From the NCBI RefSeq assembly GCF_036566765.1, contig NZ_DATCVQ010000709.1, positions 7,200-71,199 of the forward strand: a DNA stretch of 64,000 nucleotides, given 5' to 3'. How positions within the stretch are numbered: the stretch's first letter is position 1; the number at the start of each line of letters is the position of its first letter. Under the pieces are notes generated by a model that was given only the letters and a program-made list of their open reading frames with translations, searched no databases and was not told the origin of the DNA. This DNA comes from Streptomyces sp. GTDB lineage: Bacteria > Actinomycetota > Actinomycetes > Streptomycetales > Streptomycetaceae. The position numbers were made by a program, and so were the translations under genes. This document shows positions 24,567 to 34,272 of this stretch, in pieces.

Positions 24567-25367
24567 CTACAGCACCTTCGACAGGAACGCCTTCGTCCGG
24601 TCGTGCTGCGGGTTGCCCAGGACATCGCGCGGGTGGCCGGACTCGACCACGACGCCGCCGTCCATGAACACGAGGTTGTCGCCCACCTCGCGGGCGAAGC
24701 CCATCTCGTGGGTGACGACGATCATCGTCATGCCGGACTCGGCGAGGTCGCGCATGACGTCCAGGACGTCGCCGACCAGCTCCGGGTCGAGAGCCGACGT
24801 CGGCTCGTCGAAGAGCATCAGCTTCGGCTCCATCGCCAGGGCACGGGCGATGGCGACGCGCTGCTGCTGGCCGCCGGAGAGCTCGCCGGGACGCTGGGCC
24901 GCGTGGTCGGCGAGGCCGACCAGGGCGAGCAGCAGCGCCACCCGCTCCTCGCGCTCCTTCGGGTCCGCCCTGCGCAGCCGCATCGGCACGCCCACGTTCT
25001 CCGCGGCGGAGAGGATCGGTATCAGTCCGAAGGACTGGAAGATGAAGCCGATGCGGTCCCGGCGCAGCTCCAGGAGCCCGTCCTCGCCGAGCTCCGAGAG
25101 GTCCGTCCCGCCGACCGTGATCCGGCCGCCGTCCGGCGTGTCCAGGCCGCCGACCAGGTTGAGCAGCGTGGTCTTGCCGGAGCCGGAGCGGCCCTTGAGG
25201 GCGACCAGCTCGCCGCGCGGTATCTCGAAGGAGACCCCGCGCAGGGCGTGCACGGCCGCCGCGCCCGTACCGTACGAGCGGCGCAGGCCCTCGACCCGGA
25301 CCATCGGCCCGTCGGCCCGGTCCGCCACCGCCGTCGCGCCGGACGGTGCGCCGGTGCTCTCGCTCAT
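24567..25367 (-). CDS. ABC transporter ATP-binding protein, chimeric (LolD/MacB-type N-terminus + polar amino acid-type C-terminus)
   Basis: GRSGSGKT; [14 protein letters not shown] (LolD-like) before [16 protein letters not shown]; [21 protein letters not shown]...[12 protein letters not shown] (GlnQ-like) after it. Confidence 0.85.
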   Translation of the reverse strand: MSESTGAPSGATAVADRADGPMVRVEGLRRSYGTGAAAVHALRGVSFEIPRGELVALKGRSGSGKTTLLNLVGGLDTPDGGRITVGGTDLSELGEDGLLELRRDRIGFIFQSFGLIPILSAAENVGVPMRLRRADPKEREERVALLLALVGLADHAAQRPGELSGGQQQRVAIARALAMEPKLMLFDEPTSALDPELVGDVLDVMRDLAESGMTMIVVTHEMGFAREVGDNLVFMDGGVVVESGHPRDVLGNPQHDRTKAFLSKVL

Positions 25368-25460
25368 GTCGTGTCCCCCCTTGATCCCCTTGCCCGCCAG
25401 TATGTGCGTTCGATGCCGTACGAGGCCAGGGATCGGGCCGGACTGGCGAGTGGACGGAAC

Positions 25461-25506
25461 GGCCGGTGGGCCGCCTCCCGAGTGCGGGGGGCGGCCCACC
25501 GGCCGT
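25461..25506. terminator. Hairpin terminator downstream of the DUF3710 gene
   Basis: ACGGCCGGTGGGCCGCC...GGCGGCCCACCGGCCGT. Confidence 0.65.
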
Positions 25507-25544
25507 ACAGGGCGCGAGGTCGGCGGACCTCGGTGATCCCGGGG

Positions 25545-26306
25545 TCAGCGGACCTCGGTGATCTCCGGTCCGCGCTGGAGCTGGCCCATGCCGCCGGAGA
25601 ACCGCGAGGTCTCCTGCTCCTCCTGCTGGACGCCCTCGGGCACCATCTGCGCGTCGTCGGGCAGCTTCAGGACGATCGGGTCGCGCGGGGCCATCGGCCC
25701 GTCGCCGCGCAGCACGACCGTGTCGCGGACGATCTGCTCCAGCAGGCCCGCGGCCTCGGGCTGCACCGCGCCCTGCCCGGAGATCACGCCGCGCAGGAAC
25801 CAGCGGGGCCCGTCGACGCCGACGAAGCGCACCAGCTGCACGCCGCTGTTGCCGTCCGGCAGCTGGACCGGGACCTGGGCCCGCAGCTCCCAGCCCAGGG
25901 GGCCCTCGACCTCGTCGATGACACCGCCCTGCTGGGTGATGCCGGAGGCGATCTCCTCGCGGACCTCGCCCCAGATGCCTTCCTTCTTGGGCGCGGCGAA
26001 CGCCTGCAGTTGCACGGCGCTGTCACGCAGTACGACGGTGGCCGCGACGATCGCGTCGCCCGCCACCTCCACCCGCAGCTCCATGCCCTCGACTCCGGGC
26101 ACGAAGATGCCGCCGAGGTCCACGCGGCCCTCCTCGGGCCGGGTGACCTCGGAAATGTCCCAGGGACCGTCGGGCCGGGGCGCCGGCGGAAGGTTCACCC
26201 GGCGCGGCTTGTCAGCCGCGTCGTCAGTGTCGACCTCGTCGACGACCTGCTCGGCCTCGCCCGCTGCGTCCTCAGCGGCACCGCTCTTCTTGCGACGTCC
26301 GAACAC
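25545..26306 (-). CDS. DUF3710 domain protein
   Basis: FGRRKK N-terminus, GPWD, VDLGG, GVDGPRWFLRG; directly downstream of dut. Confidence 0.85.
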   Translation of the reverse strand: MFGRRKKSGAAEDAAGEAEQVVDEVDTDDAADKPRRVNLPPAPRPDGPWDISEVTRPEEGRVDLGGIFVPGVEGMELRVEVAGDAIVAATVVLRDSAVQLQAFAAPKKEGIWGEVREEIASGITQQGGVIDEVEGPLGWELRAQVPVQLPDGNSGVQLVRFVGVDGPRWFLRGVISGQGAVQPEAAGLLEQIVRDTVVLRGDGPMAPRDPIVLKLPDDAQMVPEGVQQEEQETSRFSGGMGQLQRGPEITEVR

Positions 26307-26307
26307 G

Positions 26308-26820
26308 TCACTGTCCTTCCCGGTCGGATACGACCGAAGCGTATCGATTCCCACCCGATGTGCCGTCCACGGCGGCATGACCGCCGGTGGAACCGAAGCC
26401 CCCCTCGGCCCGCGCCGAACCGGGAAGCTCCGCCACCTCGTGGAAGCGCACCTTCTCGACCTGCTGGACGACCAGTTGGGCAATCCGGTCGAACCTTTCG
26501 AATCGCACGCTCTCGCGCGGATCCAGATTGACCACGATCACCTTGATCTCCCCACGGTACCCGGCATCCACCGTCCCCGGGGCATTCACAAGGGCCAGAC
26601 CGCAGCGGGCGGCCAGACCGGAGCGGGGGTGCACGAAGGCCGCGTAGCCGTCGGGCAGCGCGATGGAGACGCCGGTGGGCAGCACGGTCCGCTCGCCGGG
26701 GGCCAGCTCGGCGGCCTCGGTGGTGACCAGGTCGACGCCGGCGTCGCCCGGGTGCCCGTAGGCCGGGATCGGGACCTCGGGGTCCACGCGGCGGATGAGT
26801 ACGTCCACAGGGTTGCGCAT
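26308..26820 (-). CDS. dut: dUTP diphosphatase
   Basis: GDAGVDL, PRSGLA, GTVDAGYRGE, RIAQLV, RAEGGFGSTG. Confidence 0.95.
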   Translation of the reverse strand: MRNPVDVLIRRVDPEVPIPAYGHPGDAGVDLVTTEAAELAPGERTVLPTGVSIALPDGYAAFVHPRSGLAARCGLALVNAPGTVDAGYRGEIKVIVVNLDPRESVRFERFDRIAQLVVQQVEKVRFHEVAELPGSARAEGGFGSTGGHAAVDGTSGGNRYASVVSDREGQ

Positions 26821-27404
26821 CAGGGGTTCACCTCGAAGGCGCGGGCGCGCCGGACCTGGTCGGGGTCGGACATGGCGGCCTGGATCTCCTCCGGGCGGCC
26901 GTTGTCGATGAAGTGCTCCACCTTGACCTCTATGAACAGGGCGTAGCCACGGACGGCGACGGGGCCGTCGGGCCCGCCGATCCGGCCGGTGGCGGTGGAG
27001 TAGATCTTGCGGCCGCGGACGGCGGTGACCTCGGCCTGCAGGTGCAGCACGGTGCCGACCGGCACGGGGCGCACGAAGTCGGTCTCCAGGCGGCCGGTGA
27101 CGGCGATGACCCGGAGCAGCCAGTTCAGCGAGCCGAGCGTCTCGTCGAGCGCGGTGGCCAGGACGCCGCCGTGGGCGAGGCCCGGGGCTCCCTGGTGGTC
27201 CGCGGTCACGGTGAACTCGGCGGTGACGGTGACGCCCTCTCCGGCCCGTGCCTCCAGGTGCAGCCCGTGGGGCTGGCCGCCGCCGCAGCCGAAGCACTGC
27301 GCGTAGTGCGAGCCGAGCAGCTCGCCGGGCGCGGGCGCCTCGGGGTGGCGTACCGGCGGTACGGCGTCGGCCGGCGGGGTGAGTGCGGCAGATGTTCCAG
27401 TCAC
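26820..27404 (-). CDS. PaaI family thioesterase
   Basis: HQGAPGLAHGGVLATALDETLG hotdog motif. Confidence 0.88.
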   Translation of the reverse strand: MTGTSAALTPPADAVPPVRHPEAPAPGELLGSHYAQCFGCGGGQPHGLHLEARAGEGVTVTAEFTVTADHQGAPGLAHGGVLATALDETLGSLNWLLRVIAVTGRLETDFVRPVPVGTVLHLQAEVTAVRGRKIYSTATGRIGGPDGPVAVRGYALFIEVKVEHFIDNGRPEEIQAAMSDPDQVRRARAFEVNP

Positions 27405-27462
27405 AGCCGCAGACCTTACCCGCGCGGGTACCCGCAGGTCGCGCCGTGCCAAGCTTGTTCGC

Positions 27463-27927
27463 ATGCAGCCTTCCGCCCCGTCCTACGACGAACGTCTGAC
27501 CGCTCCCGGCTCCTGGTGGGTGATCGCCGCCCTGCTGGGCCTGTCCGGCGGTCTGGTGATGTTCCCGCTCGGCAATGTGCCGATGCTCGCCGGCGTGATC
27601 GTCGCGGGCGCGCTCGCGGCGATCGGCGTCTCGTCGTACGGCTCCGCGCGCATCCGCGTGGTGGCCGGCTCGCTGGTCGCGGGCGAGGCCCGGATCCCGG
27701 TGGCGGCGCTCGGGGCGCCGGAGGTGCTGGACGCCGAGGAGGCGCGCGCCTGGCGCTCGTACAAGGCCGATCCGCGCGCCTTCATGGTGATGCGCGGCTA
27801 CGTCCCGCAGGCCGTGCGGGTCGAGGTGACGGACCCGGCGGACCCGACGCCGTACGTGTACCTGTCCTCGCGCGACCCGAAGGCGCTGGCGGCGGCCCTG
27901 GAGGCGGTACGGGCCGAGGCGCAGTAG
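27463..27927 (+). CDS. DUF3093 domain membrane protein
   Basis: YDERL..P..WW, DPRAF...RGYVP.AVRV...DPADPTPY.YLSSR.P. Confidence 0.82.
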   Translation: MQPSAPSYDERLTAPGSWWVIAALLGLSGGLVMFPLGNVPMLAGVIVAGALAAIGVSSYGSARIRVVAGSLVAGEARIPVAALGAPEVLDAEEARAWRSYKADPRAFMVMRGYVPQAVRVEVTDPADPTPYVYLSSRDPKALAAALEAVRAEAQ

Positions 27928-27943
27928 CCCACGGGCGGCGGCC

Positions 27944-28909
27944 CTAGTAGCCGAGCTCCTTGGGGTTCTCCGGCTGCTCCAGCGGCGGCAGCGCGGGCAG
28001 TGCGTTCCAGGGGATCTGGCGGCGGCGGAGGTCCGCGCGAACGTGGTCGGCGAGCTTCCTGGTGTCGCGGCGGTTCATCACCGCGCCCACGGCGGCGCCG
28101 ATCATGAACGGCATCAGGTTGGGCAGGTTGCGCACCATGCGCTTCATGATCTGCTGGCGCAGCTCGCGCTTGAGCTGGCCGCCGAGCGCCGCGTTGACGG
28201 TCGTCGGCTTGGCGGGGTCGATGCCCCGCTCCTCCGTCCAGGAGGTCAGGTACGCGGTGGAGCGCTGGGCGAGCGTGCCGGGCGGCCGCAGTCCGTAGAC
28301 CTCGTGCAGCTCGGCGACGAGCTTCAGCTCGATCGCGGCGACGCCGGTGATCTCCGCGGCCAGTTCGGCCGGGAGGGCGGGGGGCACGGGCAGCATGGCG
28401 GCGGCGCCGATGCCCGCGCCGACGGTGGAGCTCGCGTTGGCAGCGCCCTGGATGAGTTTGTCGGCGATCTGCTCGGGTCCGAGGCCCGGGAACTGTCTGC
28501 GCAGCGTCGCCAGGTCCCGTACGGGGACCCGCGGCGCGATCTCGATGATCCGGTCGGCGAGGTAGCCGATGCCGGCCCGGGCGCTTGCGCCCGTCTTCTG
28601 CACGCCCCGCTTGACCGCGTCGTAGCGGACGCCGCGTTTGACCGCGTCGTAGCGGACGCCGCGCCGAAGGGCGTCAAGACGCCGGGGCCAGCGCTCCTGC
28701 TCGACGGGCACGGGGCCCGGCGACGCTGCTTCGAGCGAGGCCGGGAGGCCTCGCTCGTCGTCACGTGCACCGGTGGACGGCAGGAGAGCGGAGTGCTCGG
28801 CTTGAGGGGCCTCCATGGCGCCCTCGGCCGTGCCTGAGCCGCCCTGATGCGTGTCCGGCGTCCTGGGGAGCCGGAAACGCCGCTTCCGAGACGGGGTATC
28901 GCCTGCCAC
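27944..28909 (-). CDS. Conserved hypothetical protein (start uncertain)
   Basis: Coding-like codon bias; Streptomyces-type C-terminal domain (APRVPVRDLATLRRQFPGLGPE...). Confidence 0.65.
   Translation of the reverse strand: MAGDTPSRKRRFRLPRTPDTHQGGSGTAEGAMEAPQAEHSALLPSTGARDDERGLPASLEAASPGPVPVEQERWPRRLDALRRGVRYDAVKRGVRYDAVKRGVQKTGASARAGIGYLADRIIEIAPRVPVRDLATLRRQFPGLGPEQIADKLIQGAANASSTVGAGIGAAAMLPVPPALPAELAAEITGVAAIELKLVAELHEVYGLRPPGTLAQRSTAYLTSWTEERGIDPAKPTTVNAALGGQLKRELRQQIMKRMVRNLPNLMPFMIGAAVGAVMNRRDTRKLADHVRADLRRRQIPWNALPALPPLEQPENPKELGY
28602..28663 (-). repeat. 27-bp in-frame tandem duplication (GVRYDAVKR x2)
   Basis: Translation reads RRGVRYDAVKRGVRYDAVKRGV. Confidence 0.8.
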
Positions 28910-28922
28910 GGCCGACCGGACC

Positions 28923-29219
28923 TCAGTCGCAGTCGCGGCAGATCGGCTGACCGTTCTTCTCGCGCGCCAGCTGGCTGCGGTGGTGCACGAGGAAGCAGCT
29001 CATACAGGTGAATTCGTCGGCCTGCTTGGGCAGCACGCGGACGGCCAACTCCTCGTTCGAGAGGTCGGCGCCGGGCAGCTCCAGGCCCTCGGCGGCCTCG
29101 AACTCGTCGACGTCGACGGTCGAGGTCGACTTGTCGTTCCGGCGGGCCTTCAGTTCTTCAAGGCTGTCCGAGTCGACGTCGTCGTCGGTCTTGCGTGGGG
29201 TGTCGTAATCCGTTGCCAT
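28923..29219 (-). CDS. DUF4193 domain protein
   Basis: MATDYDTPR...LPGADLS.EEL.VRVLPKQADEFTCMSCFLVHHRSQL...CRDC. Confidence 0.9.
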   Translation of the reverse strand: MATDYDTPRKTDDDVDSDSLEELKARRNDKSTSTVDVDEFEAAEGLELPGADLSNEELAVRVLPKQADEFTCMSCFLVHHRSQLAREKNGQPICRDCD

Positions 29220-29624
29220 GTCGCTCTCCCCCTCTGGGTGGTTGCGGTGTCTCCAGCGCACGTAACGCGTGAGAGGCCGGACTTGTGCCCGACCTGAGGC
29301 GGAGATTTTGCCTCACATCAAGGTCTGTTACTCAATCGACACCCAACGGGACCCCTCACGAGTGATCGGGTTTGGGTGGCGAACGGGACCGTACACGGTC
29401 CACCTGCCGTCCTTCACGGGCGCCACCCCGTGTACTTCCCGTGATTCAGGCCCCCGGAAACCCGGACTTTTCCTGGTTTTCCGGCGGATTCGACGATCAC
29501 GGAGAGTAGATGGCCGGAGACCCGCCCCTGTGATCGATCACACACGGTCTCTTCGGGAACAGGTCCCGAAAATTCAGCGTAAAGCGAACACCAGGGCGAA
29601 CTTCCTGCCGGCTCGAGCTGCGTG

Positions 29625-30860
29625 TCAGATCGGCAGAGTGACACGCATCACGAGGCCACCGCCCTCGCGGGGCTCCGCGATGATACGGCCCCCGTGGGCC
29701 CGGGCGACGGATCGGACGATCGACAGGCCGAGTCCGACCCCCTTGTCGCTGCCCGTGCGCTCCTGACGGAGCCTGCGGAACGGCTCGAAGAGGTTGTCGA
29801 TCTCGTACGCGGGGACCACGGGCCCCGTGTTCGTGACCACGAGGACCGCCTGTCCGTGCTGGGTCTCGGTGGTGACCTCCGCCCAGCCATTCTCGGCAAT
29901 GTTGTACCGCACCGCGTTCTGGATCAGGTTCAACGCGATCCGTTCGAGCAGCACGCCGTTGCCCTGGACGAGCGCCGGGGCCTGTTCGCCGCGGAACTCC
30001 ACGCCCTTCGCGTCGGCCTCCGCCCGCACCTGGTCGATGGCCCGGGAGGCCACCTCGGCCAGGTCGACGGGCTTGCGCTCGACGATCTGGTTGTCACTGC
30101 GGGCGAGCAGCAGCAGGCCTTCGACCAACTGCTCGCTGCGCTCGTTGGTGGCGAGGAGCGTCTTCCCGAGCTGCTGGAGCTCGACCGGCGCCCCGGGGTC
30201 GGAGAGGTGCACCTCCAGGAGGGTGCGGTTGATCGCCAGCGGGGTGCGCAGCTCGTGCGAGGCGTTCGCCACGAAGCGCTGCTGGGCGGTGAAGGCCCGC
30301 TCCAGCCGCTCCAGCATCTCGTCGAAGGTGTCCGCGAGCTCCTTGAGCTCGTCGTCCGGGCCGTCCAGCTCGATGCGCCGGGCCAGGTCGGATCCGGCCA
30401 CCTGGCGGGCGGTCCGGGTGATCCGGCCGAGCGGCGACAGGACCCGGCCGGCCATCGCGTAGCCGAAGGCGAAGGCGATGATGCTGAGGCCCAGCAGGGC
30501 GAAGAGCGAGCGGCGCAGCACGTCGTCCAGGGCCAGGTCCGTCTGGTGCCGCAGACAGATCGCCATGGCGTCGTTGAGCTCTTCGGTCGTGGGGAGGGCG
30601 GGGAGCCGGCACCAGGCCGCGGTGGTCTCCACCCTGCCGCTGACGACCTTGAAGGGCAGCTGGGCGGTGCTGTCGCTCACCGCCTGGGCGGTGAACAGGT
30701 AGATGATCGCCAGCAGCAGGATGCCGGCGATCAGGAACATGCCGCCGTACAGCAGCGTGAGCCTTATCCGGATCGTCGGACGCAGCAGCGGGCGCACCGG
30801 GTCCCGGGGGTCCCAGGTGGGTTTCGGAGGCGCCTGGGGCGGCGCGGGGGTCGAGGCCAT
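29625..30860 (-). CDS. cutS: Sensor histidine kinase CutS
   Basis: Two TM helices, HAMP, FVANASHELRTPL, GVGLGLSIV; two Cys in the extracytoplasmic loop; paired with cutR. Confidence 0.85.
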   Translation of the reverse strand: MASTPAPPQAPPKPTWDPRDPVRPLLRPTIRIRLTLLYGGMFLIAGILLLAIIYLFTAQAVSDSTAQLPFKVVSGRVETTAAWCRLPALPTTEELNDAMAICLRHQTDLALDDVLRRSLFALLGLSIIAFAFGYAMAGRVLSPLGRITRTARQVAGSDLARRIELDGPDDELKELADTFDEMLERLERAFTAQQRFVANASHELRTPLAINRTLLEVHLSDPGAPVELQQLGKTLLATNERSEQLVEGLLLLARSDNQIVERKPVDLAEVASRAIDQVRAEADAKGVEFRGEQAPALVQGNGVLLERIALNLIQNAVRYNIAENGWAEVTTETQHGQAVLVVTNTGPVVPAYEIDNLFEPFRRLRQERTGSDKGVGLGLSIVRSVARAHGGRIIAEPREGGGLVMRVTLPI

Positions 30861-30863
30861 CGG

Positions 30864-31517
30864 TCAGATCCGGTAGCCGGAGCCGGGCACCGTGACGATG
30901 ACGGGGGGCTCGCCCAGCTTGCGGCGCAGAGTCATGACGGTGACGCGGACGACGTTGGTGAACGGGTCCGTGTTCTCGTCCCAGGCCTTCTCCAGGAGCT
31001 GCTCGGCGGAGACCACCGCGCCCTCGCTGCGCATCAGGACCTCCAGGACCGCGAACTCCTTGGGGGCGAGCTGGACCTCCTTGCCGTCGCGGAAGACCTC
31101 GCGGCGGTTCGGGTCGAGCTTGATGCCGGCGCGCTCCAGGACGGGCGGCAGCGGCACGGTGGTGCGGCGGCCGAGCGCCCGGACGCGGGCGGTGAGCTCG
31201 CTGAAGGCGAAGGGCTTGGGGAGGTAGTCGTCGGCGCCGAGCTCCAGGCCCTCCACGCGGTCGCTGACGTCGCCGGACGCGGTCAGCATCAGGACCCGGG
31301 TGGCCATGCCCAGCTCGACGATCTTGCGGCAGACGTCGTCGCCGTGGACCAGCGGCAGGTCCCGGTCGAGGACGACCACGTCGTAGTCGTTGACCCCGAT
31401 GCGCTCCAGCGCCGCGGCGCCGTCGTACACGACGTCGACGGCCATGGCCTCCCGGCGCAGTCCGGTGGCCACCGCATCGGCGAGCAGCTGCTCGTCCTCG
31501 ACGACGAGTACGCGCAC
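30864..31517 (-). CDS. cutR: OmpR-family response regulator CutR
   Basis: VRVLVVEDE, VLDRDLP, GADDYLPKPF, RRKLGEPPVIVTVPGSGYRI. Confidence 0.88.
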   Translation of the reverse strand: MRVLVVEDEQLLADAVATGLRREAMAVDVVYDGAAALERIGVNDYDVVVLDRDLPLVHGDDVCRKIVELGMATRVLMLTASGDVSDRVEGLELGADDYLPKPFAFSELTARVRALGRRTTVPLPPVLERAGIKLDPNRREVFRDGKEVQLAPKEFAVLEVLMRSEGAVVSAEQLLEKAWDENTDPFTNVVRVTVMTLRRKLGEPPVIVTVPGSGYRI

Positions 31518-31871
31518 GTCGTATTTCCTTCCTCCGAGCCCTGCGCACCCCTCGACGGGGACCGGGCGGTCCTGAGCACTGACTGTGCGTATCCATCCTG
31601 CCCCCAACGTGCGTAAACCGGCTGTAAGACGGAGTGCACGCGGGGTGTGCGCGGCGGCGGGCGGGCCGCCGGGCGCCGAGAATTCACCTGATTCCCGGGC
31701 CAGTTGAGGTTTCTCTGAGGAAAGGGCTGGGGAGGACGTCTGCACACCCCGTGATCACGCCCTGTATGTGGCGCGCCACCTACCGCTCTGTCCCCCAGAG
31801 GTAGCAGTGCGTGATCCACCCGGACCCTCGGCACACCCCCGTGCCACCGACCCATGACGAGGGGGCGCACG

Positions 31872-32045
31872 ATGGACGCTTTCACCGCAGGGCTGCTGCA
31901 GCGCATCAGGACCACGCAGTCCGACCTCACACGGGCTCGCGAGACGGGCGACGACTTCCTGGCGGAGGTCGAGCAGGCTGAGCTCGAAGACCTGCGTCGC
32001 CTGGCCGCCGAACACGGTGTGGAGGTCGGCGCCGCCAGCGCCTGA
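31872..32045 (+). CDS. Small conserved hypothetical protein (57 aa)
   Basis: MDAFTAGLLQRIR...; GAGGGGG RBS; followed by a hairpin. Confidence 0.65.
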   Translation: MDAFTAGLLQRIRTTQSDLTRARETGDDFLAEVEQAELEDLRRLAAEHGVEVGAASA

Positions 32046-32063
32046 CCTCGACCGGCAGCATGC

Positions 32064-32098
32064 CGAGGGCCCCGGAGTCGATCGACTCCGGGGCCCTC
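32064..32098. terminator. Hairpin terminator
   Basis: GAGGGCCCCGGAGTCG-at-CGACTCCGGGGCCCTC. Confidence 0.7.
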
Positions 32099-32129
32099 GG
32101 TCTGTCCTGGGGGCGGTCGCACGCCCTTC

Positions 32130-32966
32130 TCAGTCGTGCCAGGCCCCGTACTCCTCAAGGAGCGCCTGGAGCGGCTCGAAGACGCCCGGGGAGGCCGCAA
32201 GGGTCAGCTCGCCCGACGGCGCCCGGCCCGGCCGGCCGCCGGTCAGCGCGCCCGCCTCGCGGGCGATCAGGTCGCCCGCGGCCAGGTCCCAGGGGCTGAG
32301 CCCGCGCTCGTAGTAGCCGTCCAGGCGGCCCGCGGCGACGTCGCTGAGGTCGATGGCGGCGGAGCCGCTGCGGCGGATGTCGCGCAGCCGCGGGATCAGC
32401 CGCTGGGCCACGTCCGCCTGGTGGGCGCGCACGGTCTGGACGTAGTTGAAGCCGGTCGAGACGAGCGCCTGGTCGAGCGGCGGGGCCGGGCGGGCGGCCA
32501 GCCGCCGCCACTCGCCCTGCCCGCCGGCCCGGAGGTATGCGCCGCCGCCGCGCACGGCCCGGTACGTCTCCGAGCGCATCGGGGCCTCCACGACGCCGAC
32601 GACCGTCTCGCCGTCCCGTTCGGCGGCGATGGAGACGGCCCAGGTGGGCAGCCCGTACAGGTAGTTGACCGTGCCGTCGAGCGGGTCGACGACCCAGCGG
32701 ACGCCGCTGGTGCCGGCGCTGGACGCGCCCTCCTCGCCGAGGAAGCCGTCGTCGGGGCGGTGCTCGGCCAGGAAGCCGGTGATCAGCTTCTCGGCGGCGA
32801 TGTCCATCTCGGTGACCACGTCGATCGGGCTCGACTTGGTCCTGGCCACGGACAGGTCCTGGGGCCGCCCGTCGCGCAGCAGGACGCCCGCCCGGCGTCC
32901 GGCCTCCAGGGCGAGGTCCAGCAGCTCTGCGAGGAGCGGGTCGGTCGGGACGGTGGTGTCGGTCAT
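32130..32966 (-). CDS. suhB: Inositol monophosphatase family protein
   Basis: GEEG, WVVDPLDGTVNY, RRSGSAAIDL, WDLAAG. Confidence 0.9.
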   Translation of the reverse strand: MTDTTVPTDPLLAELLDLALEAGRRAGVLLRDGRPQDLSVARTKSSPIDVVTEMDIAAEKLITGFLAEHRPDDGFLGEEGASSAGTSGVRWVVDPLDGTVNYLYGLPTWAVSIAAERDGETVVGVVEAPMRSETYRAVRGGGAYLRAGGQGEWRRLAARPAPPLDQALVSTGFNYVQTVRAHQADVAQRLIPRLRDIRRSGSAAIDLSDVAAGRLDGYYERGLSPWDLAAGDLIAREAGALTGGRPGRAPSGELTLAASPGVFEPLQALLEEYGAWHD

Positions 32967-32975
32967 GGCGTCTCC

Positions 32976-34103
32976 CTACGCGTACGGGCTGTCGGCGCCG
33001 GCCGCCGCGGGCCGGTCGGCCCGGGCCGGGCAGCAGCCGATGGGGCAGAGGTCGTGCGAGGCGCCGAGGGTGCCCAGGGCGCACCGCTCGACGACGGCGC
33101 CGCCCTCGGTGGCCGCGCGCTCCAGGACGAGGCCGCGGACGGCCGCGGCGAACCGGGGGTCGTCGCCGACCGTCGCCGAGCGGCGCACCGGCAGGCCGAG
33201 TTCGGCGGCCTTGGCGGCAGCCTCGGTGTCGAGGTCGTACAGGACCTCCATGTGGTCCGAGACGAAGCCGATCGGCACCATGACGGCGGCCGGGACGCCG
33301 GCGCCGTGCAGCTCCTCCAGGTGGTCACAGATGTCCGGTTCCAGCCACGGGATGTGCGGGGCGCCGCTGCGGGACTGGTAGACGAGCCGCCAGGGGTACT
33401 CGACCCCGGTGGCCTCGCGGACCGCGTCGACGATCACCTGGGCCACGTCCAGGTGCTCCTTCACGTAGGCGCCGCCCGCGCCGTGCTCCTCGACCGGGCC
33501 GGAGGAGTCGGCGGCCGAGTCCGGGATGGAGTGGGTGGTGAAGGCGAGGTGGGCCCCGGCCCGGACGGACTCGTCGAGCTCGGCCAGGGAGGCGAGGACG
33601 CCGTCGACCATGGGCTCGACGAAGCCCGGGTGGTTGAAGTAGTGCCGAAGCTTGTCGACCCGGGGCAGCGGCAGCCCCTCCGCCTCCAGCGCCGAGAGCG
33701 CGTCGGCGAGGTTCTCGCGGTACTGGCGGCAGCCCGAGTAGGAGGCGTACGCGCTGGTGGTGAGGACGGCGATGTGCCGCCGGCCGTCCGTGACCATCTC
33801 CCGCAGGGCGTCGGCGAGATACGGCGCCCAGTTCCGGTTGCCCCAGTAGACCGGCAGGTCGAGCCCGGCCTGCGCGAAGTCCTCGCGCAGCGCGGCGAGC
33901 AGCGCGCGGTTCTGGTCGTTGATGGGGCTGACGCCGCCGAAGAGGAAGTAGTGCTGCCCCACTTCCTTGAGCCGCTCCGTGGGGATGCCTCGGCCGCGGG
34001 TCACGTTCTCCAGGAACGGGACCACGTCGTCCGGTCCTTCCGGACCGCCGAAGGAGAGCAGCAGCAGGGCGTCGTACGGGGCTGGATCGCGCTGATCGGA
34101 CAT
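32976..34103 (-). CDS. hemH: Ferrochelatase (coproporphyrin ferrochelatase)
   Basis: SFGGPEG, GGVSPI, FTTHSIP, YQSRSG...[21 protein letters not shown]. Confidence 0.93.
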   Translation of the reverse strand: MSDQRDPAPYDALLLLSFGGPEGPDDVVPFLENVTRGRGIPTERLKEVGQHYFLFGGVSPINDQNRALLAALREDFAQAGLDLPVYWGNRNWAPYLADALREMVTDGRRHIAVLTTSAYASYSGCRQYRENLADALSALEAEGLPLPRVDKLRHYFNHPGFVEPMVDGVLASLAELDESVRAGAHLAFTTHSIPDSAADSSGPVEEHGAGGAYVKEHLDVAQVIVDAVREATGVEYPWRLVYQSRSGAPHIPWLEPDICDHLEELHGAGVPAAVMVPIGFVSDHMEVLYDLDTEAAAKAAELGLPVRRSATVGDDPRFAAAVRGLVLERAATEGGAVVERCALGTLGASHDLCPIGCCPARADRPAAAGADSPYA

Positions 34104-34272
34104 GGCACCGATCCTGCCACCCGGCGCCGACAGCGCATGGTCCGGCCCGTCTGCGTGTGGGACGGGCGTCCGGAAAAGTTCGTGACCCATTCGCTTCGAA
34201 GCCGTAGGCTTTAGCTATTAATTACACGTGTTGACCAACTGACACACGCTGAGCCGACGTCCGGAGATCCAC

